Under the pieces are notes generated by a model. That model ran no database searches. It was not told the origin of the DNA and saw nothing but the letters and a program-made list of their open reading frames with translations. This document shows positions 56,526 to 64,000 of a stretch of DNA of 64,000 bases, in pieces. Within the stretch, counting starts at the first letter, position 1; each line of letters starts with the position of its first letter. Source of the DNA: an uncultured Candidatus Saccharibacteria bacterium (GTDB lineage: Bacteria > Patescibacteriota > Minisyncoccia > Phycocordibacterales > UBA9973); the NCBI GenBank assembly GCA_964606285.1, contig CAZSFP010000003.1, positions 84,967 through 148,966 on the forward strand. The letters are read 5' to 3'. A program made the position numbers and the translations under genes.

Positions 56526-56705
56526 GATTCTGTATATCTTTTTAACCGTTAAATTATATCATGTCTGTGGATAACTTTTCTTTAGTATTCGTATCAAAAT
56601 CAAGGAAAAATTTGATCTGTCAAAGACCTCTAATAGATTTATTTAATGCACTGTTTTATTTTCTTTTTTCGTGTATAATCGACATGTTAAAGGACAAATA
56701 TATAG

Positions 56706-56729
56706 ATATGTCGTTTATAAACGACATAT
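56706..56729. promoter_or_regulatory. perfect 24-bp palindrome (candidate operator)
   Basis: ATATGTCGTTTA|TAAACGACATAT; a third GACATAT half-site overlaps the ATG at 56739; a TATAAT sits at about 56683. Confidence 0.45.
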
Positions 56730-56738
56730 AAAAGACAT

Positions 56739-57521
56739 ATGCAAAATCAAAAAGACAACATGAGACACGATGTTTTCTATAAAGAAAATAACCTTATACA
56801 TCAAAGAAATTATGATGTCGTTTTGAAACATGGCATGAAAGCAGACAAGATATCTGCCGCTGTATATCTCATAACAGAACTTTTTTCTGATCAAGAACCA
56901 CTCAAATATACTCTTCGACAGATGTCTTTGAATCTTGCATCAGCGTGCCATACTCCCCTGCCTGGTACTTCTACTACCCAATCTTTTTCATTGTTACAGA
57001 TCATTGATATTTTGATCGGTCACATTGAGATATCCACAGTCGCTGGATTGGTGTCTGAAATGAATGGAACTATTTTAAAAAACGAACTCACGTCCCTTCG
57101 TAAAGATTATGCTCATGCTTATCTTGGGGATGACAAAGGTGCATTTGTTGGTTCGGTTGCAATCAATATTGCGCCAGATCTCCATACACAATTTTTTACA
57201 CAAGATACAACCAAGCCGTCATTTCCTCACGTGCTGCCAACAGAAAATCAAAACGACATCAAAACGACACTAGATATAAATCAAAACGACATTCAGAAAA
57301 ATAATGAAGAAGAGACAAAAAAAAGACGTGATAAAATTCTATATATAATAAGCGAAAAAAGAGATGTTACGATAAAAGACATTACTGATAATATAAAAGA
57401 CTGTAGTGATAAAACAATTCAACGAGACTTGAATAACCTCATTATAATGGGCTTGATCGTTAAGGTTGGAAACAAACGGTGGAGTCGATATGTACTCGCT
57501 TCTGGAAAAAGGTTGTCATAA
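56739..57521 (+). CDS. putative transcriptional regulator with C-terminal winged-HTH
   Basis: C-terminal ILYIISEKRDVTIKDITDNIKDCSDKTIQRDLNNLIIMGLIVKVGNKRWSRYVL resembles a DeoR/Fic-associated wHTH; 260 aa. Confidence 0.5.
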   Translation: MQNQKDNMRHDVFYKENNLIHQRNYDVVLKHGMKADKISAAVYLITELFSDQEPLKYTLRQMSLNLASACHTPLPGTSTTQSFSLLQIIDILIGHIEISTVAGLVSEMNGTILKNELTSLRKDYAHAYLGDDKGAFVGSVAINIAPDLHTQFFTQDTTKPSFPHVLPTENQNDIKTTLDINQNDIQKNNEEETKKRRDKILYIISEKRDVTIKDITDNIKDCSDKTIQRDLNNLIIMGLIVKVGNKRWSRYVLASGKRLS

Positions 57522-57977
57522 AACGAATTTTGTCTCGTCTCTATATACGTCCCCCTTGCACTCTGCGGGGTGGGGTACTATACTAGAACCTACACAGATA
57601 TATGGCATTTTCTATAGATATATGCTAGTATCTGTGCATGTGTTTTGGTTCAGGTGCCATCATCTGAAACAAGGCGCATTGGGCAGATCATTGATAATAA
57701 AATATTGAGTACGGTTCGGTTTCCGGACCGCTCACGTTTTGTTTTCTTTGTATCTGTCGTATCGGCCCTGTCGACATGGCAGATACTATTTTCTGAAAAG
57801 AAAATAGCATCAAAATGGTATATGTCGCGCCATCGATATATATCGCGCGGTACTCGCGTTTCGAGTACACATTTTAACGACAGACATGCCATCATGTTTG
57901 TCAGTTTCTTTAACGCATACTCGTGGTTTGTCGAAATCATCTGTAACATGCGTTTTCGATTCCTTAATTATAAAGAT

Positions 57978-60900
57978 ATGAAAAATACTGTGAAAAAAAT
58001 CGTTGGATTTACAGTTGCTCTTCTTGCTCTCGTAGGCGTTGCCTCTTCAGCATCAGCAGCAGCATGTACTTCATACACGTTCGGTTCTGGCGTTTACACC
58101 GTCGGATCACCAGCGAGTTCATACATCAAAGAAGTCCAACAGTTTCTTAATGCAAACGGTGCAGTCGTCTCAACCAGCGGTGCTGGCTCTGCAGGCTACG
58201 AAACCATGAATTATGGTCCAAAGACTAAAGCCGCTGTTCGCGTATTCCAGGTTGCACACGGAGTAGCGAATACTGGTAACTTCGGTCCAATTACCCGTGC
58301 TGCTGCACTTGCTGTTCAAACAGCAAACTGTGGTAACACACAAACACCTCCACCACAAAGTGGTCCGGTGTCTGCTAGTTTGGCTTCAAACACACCAGCA
58401 TCAGGAACATTAGTTTCTGGTTCTAGTACAGCTCAAGCAACAGCTGATCTCGCACACTTTATGTTCTCAGGAAATGGCGTTGTCACAAACGTTACCCTCC
58501 AACGTATCGGTGTTTCAGCTGATTCAACACTTTCAAACGTTTACTTGTTTGACGGTGCAAATCGTTTGACTGATGCTTCTTCAGTATCAAATAACGGCAT
58601 GATTTCATTTAACATCCCAGCAGGTATCTTTACTGTTGCTGGTATGAAAAATATCTCTGTCAAATCTGATATTGCAGCAGGTACTTCAGGACAAACAGTT
58701 GGTGTAAAACTTGTGTCATTCGTGGCATCAGGTTCACCAGCTTCAACTGTAAATATTTCTGGAAACCTTCATTCAATCGCAAATGCTACACTTGCAACGG
58801 TTGGAGCGGGAACAGTTACTCCAACAGCAGCAACAGTAGATCCTGCTGCGGGTGTAACAGTATGGCAATCAACTCTTACTATCGCAAACAGAGATGTTTG
58901 GATGAAGAGACTGGCATTGCGTAATCTCGGATCTGCACCAGCATCATCGTTCGCAAACTTCAAATTGTTTGTCAATGGTATTCAAGTTGGTACAGCTGCA
59001 GGAGTTGATGCAAATGGCTATGTTACATTTGATCTTAACGCAGCACCGACACTGCTTGTTTCAGGAGCGAGAGTTGTTCGTGTTGATGCTGATATTGTTT
59101 CAGGTTCTTCACGTACATTCCAATTTTCACTCCGAAACGCAGCTGACGTTGACTTTGTCGATTCAAGCTTCGGTGTGAACATCTCACCTACATCTACTCC
59201 TTGGACATCAGCAACTGCTAATACCATCAGTGGATCTTCAGGTGGTACATTAACTATTGCTAAAGATATCTCATCACCGTCAATTAACCTCGTTAATGCG
59301 GCAAGTGATGCAGTTATCGGCGTATTCAAAGTTACAGCGTATGGCGAACCTATTAAATTAGAAAATATTCGAGCTACATATACATCTTCTGATGCGAACA
59401 TCGGATCACTCCGAAATGGACGTATCTTGATCAATGGAGTTCAATATGGTTCAACAGCTACTTTGAACGAAGACTCTCAAGGTACACCGTATACTCAATA
59501 CACATTGAACTATACTGTTGTTCCTGGAAGTCCCGTATTACTTGAAGTACGCGCTGATATCTACGACAATGATGGTACAGACAGTATCACTGCAGGTACA
59601 GACACTATCAATGCAACAATAGCGGCTGGTTCTACAAATGCACAAAGAGTTGATTCTCTTGGTTCATTTAGTTCTCCATCTTCTGCTGTTTCTTCAAACA
59701 CATTGACTATTGCTTCTACCTCTCTCACATTGTCAAAGAATGGAACATATGCAAACCAAAGCACAACTCTTCCTGCAAGTGGTTTCAAGATAGGTTCTTG
59801 GAATCTTGCTGGTTCTTCTGTAGAAAGTGTTCTCTTGTCTACTCTTTCATTTGATGTAGATGAATCTACAGGTACAGAGTTCGACGAAGGTGATATGACA
59901 AATATCTATGTCGTTGTTAAAAATGGTAATACAGTCGTTGCTTCTCCAACACCACTTTCAACAGGTAGTACAGGTGCTGATTTGAACTTCTCAATCAACT
60001 ACACACTTCCTGCAAACCAAAGTCTTTCAATTGAATTGTTTGCAGATCTTGCAGACGATACTCTTGATAAAGTCGCTGGTGTATCTAGTGGTACTGATGC
60101 TATTGATGCAACTGACTCATTCGTCACAGATCTTACTGTGACTGGTACATCCAATAGTGGTACAGCTATTACAGCAACTTCTGCTGATACGGCTGGTCAA
60201 ATTATTGCATATGCTGCAGCTACATTAGTTGCAGTAATAGATCCTTCTTCACCGGTGAAAGGTATTACCTATGATAATCAAACTGTAACTTCTGCTGCAT
60301 TTAAGTTCACTTCAACAACAAGTGCCTTTAATGTCAGTGATGTTACTTTGACTATCCCTGCGTCCGGCGCAACAGTTGTTCAGTCTGTTATGTTATATGA
60401 TGGTGCAACATTGCTTGGTACACAACCAGGTGGAACGACTTCAGTTTCATTCTCTGGTCTTACCTTCGGTGTTCCGGCTAACCAATCTAAAGTTCTTACT
60501 GTAAAACTACAGCTTGGACCAGTTGGTGTCGGCGCGGGCACATCTCAATCTTCACTCCTCACAACACTTACAGCATTTACTTCTGTAACTGGAGGTGTGT
60601 CAGATGTTTCTGCGAATGACTCTGGTCAATCACAAGAAAATAACCCAGCGTCTGCTGTAACAAGTGTATACGCTGCTATTCCAGTTATCTCGAAAGTAAA
60701 TCTTTCTGGTGATACACTTGGACAAGGTAGTGGATATCTCACAAACGGTACAGGTGTTCCACTCATGCGTTTCAAAGTTGATGCGACAGGTGGTCCAGTT
60801 GCTTGGAACCAAGTATTCTTTGATGTAATCAAAGACAGTGCTACAGTATTTGCTAGTGCAACCCTATGGGATGTAACTGGTGGTGGAAACACACAAATTA

Positions 60901-61253
60901 CTATGGGTACAACAACTCATACCACAACAGGAGCAGGTTCAACTTCTGGAACTGTCCTATTGATCACAAGTGCTGAAGAGGTAGTTTCAACCACAAAGAC
61001 ATATGAGCTTCGTGGAACTATAACTCTTGCTGATGCAGTTGGTGACTATATTGGCGTAACTATTGCAAATGATAATACATCATCTGCAACCGCTCTTGCG
61101 GCAGCTGCAACCATTTATGGTGCAGACACTGATGCTCCAATCGTATGGTCTGACATGTCAGCAGCTTCTCATGCACTTACAACTCTTGACTGGACAGATG
61201 ATTTCGGTGTTCGAAATCTCCCTGTTTCTCAAACTGTTAGTTTCCCTAACTAG
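57978..61253 (+). CDS. large secreted surface protein: signal peptide + peptidoglycan-binding domain + ~950-aa S/T/G/A/V-rich beta repeats
   Basis: Start moved to ATG 57978 (MKNTVKKIVGFTVALLALVGVASSASA). PG_binding_1-like segment (YIKEVQQFLNANG...NYGPKTKAAVRVFQVAHGVANTGNFGPITRAAAL). Remainder low-complexity, adhesin/S-layer-like. Confidence 0.6.
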   Translation: MKNTVKKIVGFTVALLALVGVASSASAAACTSYTFGSGVYTVGSPASSYIKEVQQFLNANGAVVSTSGAGSAGYETMNYGPKTKAAVRVFQVAHGVANTGNFGPITRAAALAVQTANCGNTQTPPPQSGPVSASLASNTPASGTLVSGSSTAQATADLAHFMFSGNGVVTNVTLQRIGVSADSTLSNVYLFDGANRLTDASSVSNNGMISFNIPAGIFTVAGMKNISVKSDIAAGTSGQTVGVKLVSFVASGSPASTVNISGNLHSIANATLATVGAGTVTPTAATVDPAAGVTVWQSTLTIANRDVWMKRLALRNLGSAPASSFANFKLFVNGIQVGTAAGVDANGYVTFDLNAAPTLLVSGARVVRVDADIVSGSSRTFQFSLRNAADVDFVDSSFGVNISPTSTPWTSATANTISGSSGGTLTIAKDISSPSINLVNAASDAVIGVFKVTAYGEPIKLENIRATYTSSDANIGSLRNGRILINGVQYGSTATLNEDSQGTPYTQYTLNYTVVPGSPVLLEVRADIYDNDGTDSITAGTDTINATIAAGSTNAQRVDSLGSFSSPSSAVSSNTLTIASTSLTLSKNGTYANQSTTLPASGFKIGSWNLAGSSVESVLLSTLSFDVDESTGTEFDEGDMTNIYVVVKNGNTVVASPTPLSTGSTGADLNFSINYTLPANQSLSIELFADLADDTLDKVAGVSSGTDAIDATDSFVTDLTVTGTSNSGTAITATSADTAGQIIAYAAATLVAVIDPSSPVKGITYDNQTVTSAAFKFTSTTSAFNVSDVTLTIPASGATVVQSVMLYDGATLLGTQPGGTTSVSFSGLTFGVPANQSKVLTVKLQLGPVGVGAGTSQSSLLTTLTAFTSVTGGVSDVSANDSGQSQENNPASAVTSVYAAIPVISKVNLSGDTLGQGSGYLTNGTGVPLMRFKVDATGGPVAWNQVFFDVIKDSATVFASATLWDVTGGGNTQITMGTTTHTTTGAGSTSGTVLLITSAEEVVSTTKTYELRGTITLADAVGDYIGVTIANDNTSSATALAAAATIYGADTDAPIVWSDMSAASHALTTLDWTDDFGVRNLPVSQTVSFPN

Positions 61254-61290
61254 TCTTTGACTGGTGAGTGAAATACTAACTTTAGTTAAC

Positions 61291-61319
61291 AAAAAACCAC
61301 CCTTCGGGGTGGTTTTTTG
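61291..61319 (+). terminator. intrinsic terminator
   Basis: AAAAAACCACCCTTCGGGGTGGTTTTTTG. Confidence 0.55.
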
Positions 61320-61344
61320 TTTTGTGCTCACGTATAATAGTTGT

Positions 61345-62022
61345 ATGAATAAGGAACAAATAAAAAATATTATCATCGGTTTGGTCGTTGTACTATTGCT
61401 ACTTGGGGGTCTTTTTTATTTTACAAAAGATAAAGAAGATACAGAATCGCAAAATACTAATACTGCAACCAGTAGTGAGCAAGAAAATCTTGAAAATTTA
61501 GATATTTCTGATGCTAATGATCAAATATCTTTATCATTTTCAACAAACGAATCAAAATTCACTACAGCAATGAACAATGCCCGTACAGCATTTGGTAAAG
61601 GAGAGTATGCTGCATCTATAGGATTCTATACAGAAGCACTGACATACAAAAGATTAGATGTTGTATATTCAGGAATGTATGTTACCTATGCAGCTCAAAA
61701 TGATTGGGTTAATGCTAAAATAGCACTTGATACTGCTATCTCAATCAATCCTCTCTATACCGAATACTGGAACTGGAAAATCGATCTGCTCGATGAAAAA
61801 ACAAATACATCGTATCAAGATCTCAAGAATATATATAATGAGGCTTTGCTCAAAGTAGATCCAAAGACAAAGATAAATCTCGTAACACACTTTGCCAGAA
61901 TTGCTGAAAATAACAATCAGAAAAATGAAGCGATCAATGTGTGGAAATATGCTGCTGAAATATATCCAGAAAATGCTCATGTCTATCAGTCTGAAATAGA
62001 TAGATTACAGCAATCTTTATAA
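61345..62022 (+). CDS. membrane-anchored TPR-like repeat protein
   Basis: TATAAT at 61333; N-terminal TM (IIIGLVVVLLLLGGLFYF); helical repeats (AASIGFYTEALTY..., AEIYPENAHVYQS). Confidence 0.5.
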   Translation: MNKEQIKNIIIGLVVVLLLLGGLFYFTKDKEDTESQNTNTATSSEQENLENLDISDANDQISLSFSTNESKFTTAMNNARTAFGKGEYAASIGFYTEALTYKRLDVVYSGMYVTYAAQNDWVNAKIALDTAISINPLYTEYWNWKIDLLDEKTNTSYQDLKNIYNEALLKVDPKTKINLVTHFARIAENNNQKNEAINVWKYAAEIYPENAHVYQSEIDRLQQSL

Positions 62023-62139
62023 GTAGAAATATAAAAACACTATGTACACATAGTGTTTTTTTGTTGTTTCCACAGATATGTCTATTTCTTTGATAGCAAT
62101 CATATTAGGATAGAAGGGAAATCTCTAAACCACTGTTCT

Positions 62140-63831
62140 ATGAAAATTCTATACGCTTTTTTTCTCATTACTTTCTTTTTTCTTTCATCCCTTGTATCTG
62201 CGCAAGCTCCGTTACGATTAAATTATCAAGGTATTGCCCGCGACAATGCGGGGTTCGAGCTTGCAAATCAAGCGATCAGTCTTCGATTTAGTATTCATCA
62301 AAGCACTCCGACTGGCACTGTCGTATATAGTGAACGACATGACGGAATTGTGACAAATCAGTTTGGATTGTTTGCAGTAGAAATAGGAAACGGATTTATC
62401 CTTGCAGGAAGTATGAATATTGATTGGGGTGCTGGTCCGTATTTTATAGAAATAGAAATGGATCCAAACGGTGGAAACAATTTTGTCAGCATGGGAACAT
62501 CACAGCTTCTCTCGGTTCCATACGCATTGTACGCTGAATCATCAGGAACAGGTGGTCCGACTGGGCCGATTGGTGAGACAGGTCCACAAGGTCCGACCGG
62601 ACCCACTGGTTGGACAGGAGAAATGGGACCACAAGGCCTGCCCGGATCACAAGGTGAGACGGGTCAGATCGGACCCACTGGTCTTCAGGGAATCACTGGA
62701 CCAACGGGTCCAACTGGCTCTCAAGGATTGGAGGGTTTAAACGGTACAACAGGTCCTACCGGACCGCAAGGTATTCAAGGCCTGCCCGGATTGCAAGGCG
62801 AGACGGGAAACACTGGATCACAGGGATTGGTTGGGCCGACAGGGAGTACTGGTCCTACGGGAACTATGAATCTCACAGGAACAATCAATCAAACCATTCG
62901 TCATAACGGAGTGGATTGGGAAGCAACAAGTGTGGTACAAGTTACTACAAATGAACAGGTAAGTATTTCAGACAACGGTACATTACCTGATAATTCTGCG
63001 GGACTTGATGTAAATTATTCTGATAAAGGATTGCTCATTCCGCGACTGACGACTGTACAACGTGATGCTATTGCAAATCCTGCGCAAGCGTTGCTCATCT
63101 TTAATCTGACAACACTTTGTTTTGAATTTTATGGGACAGGTGGTTGGCATAGTATGGGATGCATTCCACCGCCATTTAGTTGTGGGGATGTGTTTGTCGA
63201 TGAACGAGACGGACAGACATATAACACAGTCCTTATCGGCAGTCAGTGTTGGATGGCGGAAAATCTCAACATAGGAACTCAAATCACCAGCAATCCTGTT
63301 CCTCCAAATCCATCCGCACATCAACAATTGGATAATGGGATTATAGAAAAATATTGTTATGGCAATAATTCGAGTAACTGTGCTGTATATGGCGGACTGT
63401 ATGAATGGGGAGAGATGATGAATTATAGCTCGACTGATAATGGAAATCCTGGGACAACACAAGGTATTTGTCCGATAGGTTGGCATATACCAACAGATGC
63501 TGAATGGTGTGAACTTGAAAATACAGTAGAAACAAATACTGATCAAAATTGTAATCTAGTTGGTTTTCGCGGAATAACAACAGGAGAAAAACTCAAAGAT
63601 AATAGTACATGGGATGGAACTAATACTACAGGTTTTGCAGCTCTTGCTGCGGGATATCGAAATATTAACGGTTCTTTCTTATCTTCTAATGTTGATGCAC
63701 GTTTTTGGACCGCAACAGAATCAGCTCAAAATCAGGCATATGTACGTTTCTTGCGTTCTAGTAATAATGGATCACTTCGAAGTGATGACGACAAAAATTA
63801 CGGCTATAGCATTCGCTGTATTAAAAATTAA
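62140..63831 (+). CDS. secreted collagen-like triple-helix repeat protein with C-terminal FISUMP (Fibrobacter succinogenes major paralogous) domain
   Basis: Signal peptide [23 protein letters not shown]; about 35 Gly-X-Y triplets ([19 protein letters not shown]...); C-terminal CWMAENLN...GGLYEWGE...[13 protein letters not shown]...[10 protein letters not shown]. Confidence 0.7.
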   Translation: MKILYAFFLITFFFLSSLVSAQAPLRLNYQGIARDNAGFELANQAISLRFSIHQSTPTGTVVYSERHDGIVTNQFGLFAVEIGNGFILAGSMNIDWGAGPYFIEIEMDPNGGNNFVSMGTSQLLSVPYALYAESSGTGGPTGPIGETGPQGPTGPTGWTGEMGPQGLPGSQGETGQIGPTGLQGITGPTGPTGSQGLEGLNGTTGPTGPQGIQGLPGLQGETGNTGSQGLVGPTGSTGPTGTMNLTGTINQTIRHNGVDWEATSVVQVTTNEQVSISDNGTLPDNSAGLDVNYSDKGLLIPRLTTVQRDAIANPAQALLIFNLTTLCFEFYGTGGWHSMGCIPPPFSCGDVFVDERDGQTYNTVLIGSQCWMAENLNIGTQITSNPVPPNPSAHQQLDNGIIEKYCYGNNSSNCAVYGGLYEWGEMMNYSSTDNGNPGTTQGICPIGWHIPTDAEWCELENTVETNTDQNCNLVGFRGITTGEKLKDNSTWDGTNTTGFAALAAGYRNINGSFLSSNVDARFWTATESAQNQAYVRFLRSSNNGSLRSDDDKNYGYSIRCIKN

Positions 63832-63843
63832 ATTTCTCTCTTT

Positions 63844-63877
63844 AAACCCTCGCGGATGCGAGGGTTTACTTTTTTTA
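63844..63877 (+). terminator. intrinsic terminator
   Basis: AAACCCTCGCGGATGCGAGGGTTTACTTTTTTT. Confidence 0.55.
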
Positions 63878-64000
63878 TATATCTGGTAGGATGTTTCCAG
63901 TACGCCATAGACAGGGGGTCCTGAGCTTAGTCGAAGGATAAATCCTCCCGAGGTAACACTCTCTTTGCGTATGGTCGTTCTTATCAGATTAACCATATAT

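Noticed and set aside
57645-57977. N-terminal 111-codon extension of the surface-protein ORF
   Set aside because: The extension has no signal peptide, whereas ATG 57978 begins a classic signal peptide. The region contains regulatory palindromes and is more likely a long 5' leader.
1-64000. tRNA, rRNA and CRISPR arrays
   Set aside because: Scanning for T-loop (GTTCGANTC/GGTTCAANTC) contexts, 16S/23S/5S ends and regularly spaced direct repeats found none. The tRNA-Trp that often precedes secE is absent; only a terminator-like hairpin (22349-22368) is present there.

Overview
This 64-kb window is a gene-dense bacterial chromosomal segment with no rRNA, tRNA or CRISPR. Composition is mosaic. Housekeeping genes sit near 45-55% GC. 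Blocks of hypothetical genes sit near 30-35% GC. Most genes end in stem-loop terminators of a recurring AAAATCCC...GGGATTTT type. This layout suggests a small-genome, possibly Patescibacteria/CPR-like organism, but that is inference.

Recognisable core genes, left to right: HU (partial), RNase Y, a YceI-like protein, clpP and trigger factor, inorganic pyrophosphatase, nusA, an M23/LysM peptidase, pcrA/uvrD, an FKBP PPIase, a SIMPL-domain protein, secE-nusG-rplK, a thymidylate-synthesis block (cytidylyltransferase-like, dCMP-deaminase-like, thyA, HIT-like, folA), argS, an Ile T-box leader followed by ileS, recO, glyQS, an M16 peptidase, an AI-2E transporter, metG, a TadA-like deaminase, tatD, rpsF-ssb-rpsR, efp, recA, and ftsK.

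The candidates for something new are:
1. A locus at 10856-17399. It holds a 320-aa protein, a 1747-aa giant protein and a translationally coupled 109-aa acidic protein. The first two share a novel ~50-aa KE-rich repeat module (LGY/RGF...HAWGGT...MS..E..EK[IV]FG).
2. An IleRS carrying a complete histidine-phosphatase (RHG) domain inserted in-frame in its catalytic core.
3. A family of heptanucleotide-periodic tracts (ACTANNN / AGGTNNN) at gene ends.
4. A 124-bp element bounded by perfect 20-bp inverted repeats with a GC-rich hairpin core, upstream of pcrA.
5. A GC-rich structured island at 10500-10745.
6. A wHTH regulator gene preceded by a perfect 24-bp palindrome.
7. A standalone protein with an RNA-polymerase alpha-CTD-like domain.
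8. Several secreted or surface proteins: a collagen-like + FISUMP-domain protein, and a PG-binding + ~1000-aa beta-repeat protein.
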